DNA of 20,000 nucleotides from an uncultured virus (IMG/VR IMGVR_UViG_3300010885_066780) (IMGVR_UViG_3300010885_066780), one strand, 5' to 3'. Counted from the stretch's first letter, positions 7,654 through 13,878 are shown. Notes: a model not told the origin generated them from the letters alone. Made by a program: numbers and translations.

Positions 7654-7702
7654 ATATCAGAAACCAGTTACTAACCATCTTGTCCTTCCTGCTATAAAAA
7701 TT

Positions 7703-7788
7703 TGGTCCATCACCTTGGATCCGCCCCAAGTATGCCCGAAGGCGCTCGATTTACAGTCGAGTCCAGTCTCTCATGCCGGTCGTGATGG
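7703..7788 (-). tRNA. tRNA-Tyr(GTA) with C1-G72
   Basis: CCATCAC/GTGATGG acceptor, A73, CTCGA-CT-GTA-AA-TCGAG, variable hairpin GCC-TTCG-GGC, T loop GGCGGAT, CCA. Confidence 0.9.
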
Positions 7789-7828
7789 ATAATAATAAAT
7801 AATCAGTATTGCATTTTTAGGAAAACAC

Positions 7829-8170
7829 ATGAGCTCAACTGAAATGAGAAAATATATTCAACTATTAGAGAATATAGAACTTGAAGAAAAATGGAGTGCC
7901 AAATATAAACGGAGTATTGATTGCACTCACCCCAAAGGTTTCAGTCAAAGAGCACATTGCGCCAGTAAAAAACAACAGAACGAAAGCACTGATGAAATGC
8001 AAATGACATGCCCAGATTGTGGTATGTGTGAAACACATGGCAACCTCAATGAGATCAAAAAAGGTCAAAAAGATGCAAATGGAGTGACCAAATGCTGGTC
8101 AGGTTATCATGCACAAGGAACCAAACCAGGTAAAAATGGAGGTCGAGTACGCAACTGTGTGCCTGATTGA
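7829..8170 (+). CDS. Cys-rich hypothetical late/virion protein, 113 aa
   Basis: AGGA RBS, ATAAATA upstream; N-terminus MSSTEMRKYIQLLE; mini-modules KWSAKYKRSIDC-PKGFSQRAHC, CPDCGMC, CWSGY...NCVP. Confidence 0.85.
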   Translation: MSSTEMRKYIQLLENIELEEKWSAKYKRSIDCTHPKGFSQRAHCASKKQQNESTDEMQMTCPDCGMCETHGNLNEIKKGQKDANGVTKCWSGYHAQGTKPGKNGGRVRNCVPD

Positions 8171-8193
8171 TTTTTATAAGTTATTGAAATGAT

Positions 8194-8270
8194 TGGGAGA
8201 ACCAGCGGGAATTGAACCCTGCATCCCTTGATTGAAAGTCAAGAATCTTCTGCCATTAGACGATGGTTCC
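8194..8270 (-). tRNA. tRNA-Glu(TTC)
   Basis: GGAACCA/TGGTTCT acceptor, CTTGA-CT-TTC-AA-TCAAG, TTCAATT T loop, CCA. Confidence 0.9.
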
Positions 8271-8309
8271 ATAAAGTGTTGGATGATGTAATTTAGTTGC
8301 TATAAAAGA

Positions 8310-8759
8310 TTAAGACTCTGCACCAAATTTCTTACGAAGACGTTCGAACTCTTTTCGATCCCGTTCTTCTTGCGCTTTGTCTCGTGCATATTTTTCTCGA
8401 GCCTGCTCTTCTAGCTTGATCTCTGTAATTTGCTTGAGACGTTGTTCTTCAATCGGATGCCAGTCAATTCCTAGATAGGATTGAGGAAAGGTCACTGTGA
8501 TTGAATCTTCAACTCGAGACCAATAAAAATACACACTTACGACAGGAGTTCCTACACCCCAATCAGGTCCTTCTTCACCTTCATGATAAGGGCTATGATA
8601 ATCAAAAAGACGATAGCGTTCAAATCCATATTGAGAGCTTAAAGATTGTTGTTCTCGCATTGAATAGATTTTACGAGCCATCTTGTTCAGCTTGTCCTCT
8701 ACTTGCTCTGTAGCTTGTTCAGCTTCACGAATCTGATCAAGTGTTAGGTAATCATTCAT
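8310..8759 (-). CDS. Hypothetical protein, 149 aa, C-terminal charged helix
   Basis: AAGGA RBS before ATG 8759 (MNDYLT...), downstream of sigma70-type promoter. Confidence 0.8.
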   Translation of the reverse strand: MNDYLTLDQIREAEQATEQVEDKLNKMARKIYSMREQQSLSSQYGFERYRLFDYHSPYHEGEEGPDWGVGTPVVSVYFYWSRVEDSITVTFPQSYLGIDWHPIEEQRLKQITEIKLEEQAREKYARDKAQEERDRKEFERLRKKFGAES

Positions 8760-8796
8760 TGAGTTTTCCTTTTCAATTTTGGTATTACTCATAAGC

Positions 8797-8824
8797 ATAA
8801 TACCACATAATATTATATTGTCAA
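8797..8824 (-). promoter_or_regulatory. Sigma70-type (early) promoter
   Basis: TTGACA-16-TATTAT with TG at extended -10. Confidence 0.65.
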
Positions 8825-8841
8825 GAAGAATCATAAAATAT

Positions 8842-8916
8842 TGGATGATCCCCTAGGCCACGATCCTAGATATCCAAAGCCAAAATTTGGCGACTTACCA
8901 ATTAGTCGAGGGATCA
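8842..8916 (-). tRNA. tRNA-Gln(TTG)
   Basis: TGATCCC/GGGATCA acceptor, CCAAA-TT-TTG-GC-TTTGG, T loop ATCGTGG, CCA. Confidence 0.9.
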
Positions 8917-8962
8917 ATAATTTCTGTTCGATGTTTTTTTGATATAAAAATTTATATGACTG

Positions 8963-9240
8963 CTACCAATACGTAAATTTAAAAATGTAAATTTTATAAA
9001 ATTTTATTACCTTTTTTCTATTTTCTGATTTAGTTAGGTATTGTAAGTTTGAAATAGAATGCAACCCTCCTTTGGATATAGGGATAATATGATCGACCTC
9101 ATATCCTTCGGGACAAGCTTCATAAAATTTTTTAATTGCTGAAAGATCTTCGTCATGTGGAGTATTATATTTCTTTTTGGCATTATATCTCGCCCATGCT
9201 TCTCGTTTGATACCTCGCGTGTGTTCTTTTGATACCTTGG
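8963..9240 (-). pseudogene. HNH endonuclease, probably 5'-truncated and frameshifted near the 3' end
   Basis: YEVDHIIPISKGGLHSISNLQYLTKSENRKK; upstream part of the ORF is the antisense of another gene; one extra A in the A6 run (~9012-9017) would give KKGNKIL-stop. Confidence 0.7.
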
Positions 9241-9438
9241 GTAGATTCCAATAATAAAAATAGAAAATATTTTCCGGATTTTTACCTACCAAAATATGAT
9301 CTTTATTTAGATCCAAAAAATGATTACCAAATAAAGATTGGTCAAGAAAAGTTAGATTGTGTTTCAAACAAAATTCATCTAATTTATGGTCGAGTTGAAT
9401 ATATTCAACAATATATTTTGAATATCATGACCAGTTAA
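9229..9438 (+). pseudogene. PD-(D/E)XK (TnsA-N/homing-type) endonuclease C-terminal fragment
   Basis: IPWVD...RKYFPDFYLPKYDLYLDPKNDY motif; only a TTG start, N-terminal part apparently missing. Confidence 0.65.
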
Positions 9439-9473
9439 ACTGCCCGGCAACAATTTATAGCATATAATAAAAA

Positions 9474-11786
9474 CTAATCAGGATATAGTGCAGCCAAAGC
9501 TTCAGCACTGTCTGCACGAGTATTACCGGTGCCTATATCCAGGTGTGCTTGACAATATGCTCGTATCTCATGTCCAGGGATACGAGAGATTGCACTGGGT
9601 GGTATGGGGTTGGTGCTATACACAGGATGAAAACGTTGCATGTCTAAAGCTGGGTCATCAAACACTGTCCAATCTTTTGGCAAGCTTATGCGCCAAATGT
9701 CGGTGGGTTCCCTATAAGGTCTAGACCACGTTGCCCATTCACATACATCTTCAAATCGCCTAAACATATAAACCCCAGGTATTCTTTGACGTTGAGTATA
9801 TTTTTTGATCATGACCAACAGTCCCAATCTCTCAATGTTATGCCTAGATTCAGATGGACTCATATGATAGAAAGTTTGAGAACCTGTTTGTTCATTCAAT
9901 ATAAATTCATAAGCTCTCATACTGTTATTTATGGTCTGGGTGGGAAGTTTTGCAATTCCAGCCTCTTGCAAGCCTAACACGTTAATTTCAAACTGTCTTT
10001 CAATCCATTTCTTTGCATCGTTTTCTTTTTCATATAAACTACTTTTTATATAATATCCGTCACGCCCATCAGGATAAATTGCCGCAATCCAGCCTGCGGT
10101 TTGCTTTTTGATATATCCAATGTATCTTTTAGAATTAGCAACATTGGAATATTTCATGCTTACATCATAACTAACGTTGCCATCGCTTGAAGTGGATTTT
10201 ACATATATAAAATCAACGTTGTGTTTTTTACTAAAATTAAACATTTCGTCCAGTGGTTCACCCATGTCATTTACTGAGCTACGCATATGTGATTGCCATT
10301 CTGGAACATGATCAATTGCACTAACGACAAATTCCATTACAGCAGCGACCGCATCTGGATTATCACCAAAGAATTCTTCTAAATCACGGTAACCAATATC
10401 ATGTACCAACTTTTCCAGTGTTCTAGCATCAACGCTTGGGTTGTTTCTCATCCACAGATCTATTGAATTGCCAGCTGTATTTGATTCTGAAACATTAATT
10501 CTTTTTTCATGATCGCCATTATAGCTGGGTTGACGAGTATTGTCCAGGTATTCTTTTTTAACCCAGTTGATAGCAGCCTGTGAAGTTTTAAAACCGCGTT
10601 GGGATTTTTTGGTTGTATTGGAATAAGCAGACCAAGTTTCTCCGTTTGTGGATTTTTGTACTATTCCAACTTGTTTGCCACCGTCACTAATGATTGCTTC
10701 TTGACCTTTTTTTGTCCAATGAGCTTTGGGTTCTACTACATTTTCCATCAATGATTTGTTGGGATCAGCTGCTGCGGTTTTGACAGCATCGGAAATTTCT
10801 CGGGTACTAGCATTTGGCATTACTACTCGAATGGCTGCTGTGACTGCTGCTTGATCTCGGTGTCCCAATTCTTTTTCATCATAGATGGTTTCAAACATTT
10901 GAGTAATTTTGGCCAGATCGTCAGGATGTAAATCATACCCACGATGTTTTTTTAGCATGCCAATTGCTCGTTCCACGAATTGTTCTTTGGATATTGGTGT
11001 TTCATCACTTTCATCCAAGTCTTCTGGTCCTCGATAAGTCCACATTTTTTTCAAAATATTAATACCAAAAATTGCAACACCGACTGCTCCTAATAGATCA
11101 ACTAGTGTAGAAAATTCAGTGTCTGATTCAGTTACTTTTCCCCAGCCTGTTTTTGCACGAATAGCAAAAGTCACTTCTTGTTGTTTGGTGTATTCTTCAG
11201 AACCTTTTTTATGGGGTCCTGATGCCTTCAACTTTTTTAATTCTGCTTTTAAAGCAGCTACTGTTTTACCAGCAAACATACCTTTTTTCTTTTTTGGAGT
11301 CTTCATTTTAGAAACCCATTTTTCCATGAGATTGCTATTTGCTGCTAAACGAGCTTCTTTTTCAGTTGCATATCCTTCATGACCTTGTATGATTACATGC
11401 CCATTACGAGATTTATACCAAAACCACATTCCATCAGAATCTTGATATACTTTGACTTCTGTTTGATCAGTATTGTTTATGGGATCGTCCCAGGTTTCCA
11501 TGACTTGGTCATGAGTTGATTTGGGAGTTTTAGAGTTGATGGCTGCTTGAATTTTTTCTATTTTTAATTCAATGGCTTTTATAGCTGCATCGGGTTTTTT
11601 AGTCCCTTTTGCATAACGCAATTTACGGCGTTCTTCTTCCAACTGTTCTTCGAGTGCATCCAATGACAAACCAGAATAGGGATTGGTATCATTTGAATCT
11701 TCTTGAATCGAAGCTGATTCAGTCAATGTTGTTTTTTCAATTGAATTAAATTGATCTAGTAAATTTCTTATGTCTTTGGCACTCAT
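9474..11786 (-). CDS. Modular late/virion protein, 770 aa, with DUF1508/YegP-like module and C-terminal ADP-ribosyltransferase/Tpt1-fold-like domain
   Basis: AAGGA RBS and TATAAATA upstream; VYQDSDGMWFW..SRNGHVI..GHEGYATEKEA; C-terminal TFYHMS..NIERLGL..GVYMF..IWRI..IPPSAI; many [LIV]xE sites. Confidence 0.85.
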   Translation of the reverse strand: MSAKDIRNLLDQFNSIEKTTLTESASIQEDSNDTNPYSGLSLDALEEQLEEERRKLRYAKGTKKPDAAIKAIELKIEKIQAAINSKTPKSTHDQVMETWDDPINNTDQTEVKVYQDSDGMWFWYKSRNGHVIIQGHEGYATEKEARLAANSNLMEKWVSKMKTPKKKKGMFAGKTVAALKAELKKLKASGPHKKGSEEYTKQQEVTFAIRAKTGWGKVTESDTEFSTLVDLLGAVGVAIFGINILKKMWTYRGPEDLDESDETPISKEQFVERAIGMLKKHRGYDLHPDDLAKITQMFETIYDEKELGHRDQAAVTAAIRVVMPNASTREISDAVKTAAADPNKSLMENVVEPKAHWTKKGQEAIISDGGKQVGIVQKSTNGETWSAYSNTTKKSQRGFKTSQAAINWVKKEYLDNTRQPSYNGDHEKRINVSESNTAGNSIDLWMRNNPSVDARTLEKLVHDIGYRDLEEFFGDNPDAVAAVMEFVVSAIDHVPEWQSHMRSSVNDMGEPLDEMFNFSKKHNVDFIYVKSTSSDGNVSYDVSMKYSNVANSKRYIGYIKKQTAGWIAAIYPDGRDGYYIKSSLYEKENDAKKWIERQFEINVLGLQEAGIAKLPTQTINNSMRAYEFILNEQTGSQTFYHMSPSESRHNIERLGLLVMIKKYTQRQRIPGVYMFRRFEDVCEWATWSRPYREPTDIWRISLPKDWTVFDDPALDMQRFHPVYSTNPIPPSAISRIPGHEIRAYCQAHLDIGTGNTRADSAEALAALYPD

Positions 11787-11830
11787 AGCAAATCCTTTTA
11801 TTATCCACTATTTATACCAAAATATAAAAA

Positions 11831-11925
11831 TAGCCACAGCCCCCACGCCCGCCTGACTACTGACCTTTTCCTAATTGTTCATGCCCCTCGAGTGGAGGTC
11901 AATTGTACCTAGAAGGCCTTACCGA
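11831..11925 (-). ncRNA. Candidate structured ncRNA downstream of tRNA-Trp
   Basis: GC-rich non-coding island with nested stems GGCCTT/AAGGTC, AATTG/CAATT, CCTC/GAGG, then a G-rich tail and U-rich run. Confidence 0.45.
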
Positions 11926-11931
11926 ATTATT

Positions 11932-12005
11932 TGGCCACCGCACCTGGAATCAAACCAAGATCATCTGTTTTGGAGACAGAGGCCCTATCATTGGACGATA
12001 CGGTA
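11932..12005 (-). tRNA. tRNA-Trp(CCA)
   Basis: TACCGTA/TGCGGTG acceptor, G73, TCTGT-CT-CCA-AA-ACAGA, T loop TTTGATT, CCA. Confidence 0.9.
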
Positions 12006-12023
12006 GCATAAAATATTTCTAAA

Positions 12024-12198
12024 CGCAGGAGTTGTTAATTCCCACTATCGCTATCACCGGCCTTGGCCAGTAATAGTTGCGCCTTTTTCCTACCCAATTG
12101 TAACTCAACAATTCACATTGCCCAATTGGGAATCCATCCGCTATGCCGGTAACATTTCGCTTTGTCTGCAGGCTGGTTACTCGCCTTTTTAGTCCTGT
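12024..12198 (-). ncRNA. Candidate ~175-nt multi-stem ncRNA
   Basis: Terminal helix ACAGGA/TCCTGC, stems GTAAC/GTTAC, CCCAATTG/CAATTGGG, hairpin CTATTACTGGCC/GGCCGGTGATAG; no convincing ORF. Confidence 0.55.
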
Positions 12199-12257
12199 TA
12201 AATTCTATCTATCCACCACTATTCATATTTCTACCTTGCTCCTATGTTTCAGGTAAT

Positions 12258-12284
12258 AAAAAACCCCGGATTTTTGATCCGAGG
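12258..12284 (-). terminator. Intrinsic terminator (attenuator)
   Basis: CCTCGGAT-CAAAA-ATCCGGGG followed by TTTTTTATT. Confidence 0.85.
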
Positions 12285-12339
12285 CCTGTAAAATTTGATT
12301 TTTGAAGTTTCAGCTTCTTATTTCAAATTTTGGGGCCTC
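12281..12339 (-). promoter_or_regulatory. Antiterminator hairpin overlapping the leader stop codon and the terminator 5' arm
   Basis: GAGGCC-CC-AAAATTTGA (12339-12323) pairs with TCAAATTTT-ACA-GGCCTC (12298-12281); inner hairpin GAAG-CTGAAA-CTTC. Confidence 0.75.
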
Positions 12340-12451
12340 CAGAACCACGCTCAAAATTGGGTTGATTTGAGCCAAACTGACGCACGCTTGGGCTGGTCAC
12401 GGACCAATCCAGATAGGCGAGTTCAAATTTTGGTTTCATAATCAGTGTCAT
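12323..12451 (-). CDS. Putative attenuator leader peptide, 42 aa
   Basis: AAAGGA RBS; MTLIMKPKFELAYLDWSVTSPSVRQFGSNQPNFERGSGGPKI-TGA; below ORF-track cutoff; stop codon lies within antiterminator 5' arm. Confidence 0.75.
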   Translation of the reverse strand: MTLIMKPKFELAYLDWSVTSPSVRQFGSNQPNFERGSGGPKI

Positions 12452-12483
12452 TGAAGTTTCAGTTCCTTTGTTTGTTCGATCTA

Positions 12484-12512
12484 TTTATGCCTGTTCTTGA
12501 ATTCAAAGTCAA
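12484..12512 (-). promoter_or_regulatory. Promoter P2 for leader (sigma70-like plus late motif)
   Basis: TTGACT-17-CATAAA(TAG); overlapped by inverted repeat TGTTCTTGA-8-TCAAGAACA (12492-12517). Confidence 0.6.
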
Positions 12513-12564
12513 GAACAAAAATTATTTTTCTAAATTTTTCTAATCTTCGAAAAATCTACTACTA

Positions 12565-12593
12565 TTTATACCACCAGTTCAGTTGAGTGTCAA
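12565..12593 (-). promoter_or_regulatory. Promoter P1 for leader (sigma70-like plus late motif)
   Basis: TTGACA-17-TATAAA with TG extension; the -10 is also a perfect TATAAATA. Confidence 0.75.
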
Positions 12594-12600
12594 CCGATCA

Positions 12601-12792
12601 TTAAATATGATATGCAATATCTTCCCAATCATCTTGGGACATGCTGAGATAATCCATTTCGGTATACCCAAGCCTGTCAATTCCGTTTCCGCAGCCAACA
12701 TAGTTCCCATCTTGATCAACTCCGGAATAACCATAGCTATCATATCCTTCGGAATCATAATCAGCCATATGTTGCTTAGACATATAGGCCAC
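12601..12792 (-). CDS. Small acidic hypothetical protein, 63 aa
   Basis: GGAG RBS before GTG 12792; YDSEGYDSYGY motif; TTGACA-16-TATTGT upstream (12826-12853). Confidence 0.7.
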   Translation of the reverse strand: MAYMSKQHMADYDSEGYDSYGYSGVDQDGNYVGCGNGIDRLGYTEMDYLSMSQDDWEDIAYHI

Positions 12793-12865
12793 GTTCAACG
12801 CTCCGTTGTTTGTGTTCGTATCAATACAATAACAGGTACAAGGCATTTGTCAACTATATTCTGTA

Positions 12866-13321
12866 CTATTTGTTCTTTTGCAGGCTCACCAGTTCCAGAT
12901 AAAAGTGGAAATACTTTTCCATGCGGGCCATGTCCTTGGGAGTCACACCCTTGAGTCTAGTGATCTGAGTGTTATGGTTCAAATCAGACATCTTTACCAG
13001 CACTGCATCTGGGTTGCCTTTGACCTTGTCCTTATATTCTTCATAGGATTCACCAGGCACTTTGGTCATGCAACGAATGCCATCAATGATTCGATCTGTG
13101 AAACCAAGTTCTCTGAGTTGGTTGTAAGTCACATCACAATCTTCAACAATGTCATGACCCAGGGCGATGCATTGCAGTTCTTCATCGTCCGACTTGAGTC
13201 CATACATCACAGACAGAGCGTGCAGAATGTAGGGGTTGCCGCCCTTGTCAAACTGACCAGCATGAGAGTTGGTAGCCAGTACCAACATCTTGTTTAGGAG
13301 TTCGCCCTTTTTGAAAGTCAT
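12866..13321 (-). CDS. HD-domain RelA/SpoT-family hydrolase (small alarmone hydrolase/Mesh1-like)
   Basis: HAGQ.DKGG.PYI.H, ALGHDIVED, VKMSDLNHN motifs; AAAGGAG RBS. Confidence 0.88.
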   Translation of the reverse strand: MTFKKGELLNKMLVLATNSHAGQFDKGGNPYILHALSVMYGLKSDDEELQCIALGHDIVEDCDVTYNQLRELGFTDRIIDGIRCMTKVPGESYEEYKDKVKGNPDAVLVKMSDLNHNTQITRLKGVTPKDMARMEKYFHFYLELVSLQKNK

Positions 13322-13363
13322 TTTGGTTTCTCCTTTGCTATAGCTCGTACAATCATATTTGCA

Positions 13364-13462
13364 TTATTTGAAATGTCTGTCAACCATTGTAAGAATTGTT
13401 CCGATTGCAAAACAGCTGGATCCTGACAAATAAAACCACAATGCTAAGTCTGCCATTTTCAT
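13364..13462 (-). CDS. Possible small membrane protein, 32 aa
   Basis: MKMADLALWFYLSGSSCFAIGTILTMVDRHFK; starts 5 nt after upstream stop. Confidence 0.5.
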   Translation of the reverse strand: MKMADLALWFYLSGSSCFAIGTILTMVDRHFK

Positions 13463-13467
13463 TTCTT

Positions 13468-13878
13468 TTATGCCTTCTTATTTTTGCGATCTTCTTGCCA
13501 AAGCTTCCAAATTTCAGGCAAGTTGTCTTTGATGATGTTTTTCAATTCTGTGTTTTCTCGGGTTGATTGATAGTGATCATTAGACATCAATTGCCAACTG
13601 CGATGATGTCTTTCCTTGACTTCATCAAAGGTCCGACTATTGGCGTCATGCAATTGTTGCCAAGCTTCTATTCGTTCTTGCAAACTAACGATTTTAGCAT
13701 TGGCTGCTTCTAACTCATTTAGTGTTTTGTGCCATGCTGCTGTACCGTATTCCAGTATATCATAAATTTGCATCATATCTTCGATTGCTTGAATTTCAAG
13801 ATCATTAGAATGACTGGAAATTGTTTTCGAAGATAAAAACTTGCGCCATTCTTCTCGAGTCTTATGCAATATAGTCAT
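13468..13878 (-). CDS. Hypothetical coiled-coil protein, 136 aa
   Basis: ATG 13878 (MTILHK...) overlaps upstream stop as ATGA. Confidence 0.8.
   Translation of the reverse strand: MTILHKTREEWRKFLSSKTISSHSNDLEIQAIEDMMQIYDILEYGTAAWHKTLNELEAANAKIVSLQERIEAWQQLHDANSRTFDEVKERHHRSWQLMSNDHYQSTRENTELKNIIKDNLPEIWKLWQEDRKNKKA

Noticed and set aside
7078..7700. Group I intron interrupting a tRNA
   Set aside because: Flanking tRNA-Met and tRNA-Tyr are complete and there is no room for an intron core; the endonuclease is freestanding
11831..11925. Theta/HDV-like ribozyme 3' of tRNA-Trp
   Set aside because: Has a P3/L3-like hairpin and a possible P2, but no P1 3' strand or P4 in the required order
11820..12260. 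tmRNA, SRP RNA or RNase P RNA
   Set aside because: No alanine-type acceptor ending in CCA, no SRP helix-8 motif, no RNase P P4 consensus
12583..13297. Plus-strand ORFs 12583..12954 and 12878..13297
   Set aside because: Antisense shadows of the HD hydrolase and the small acidic gene
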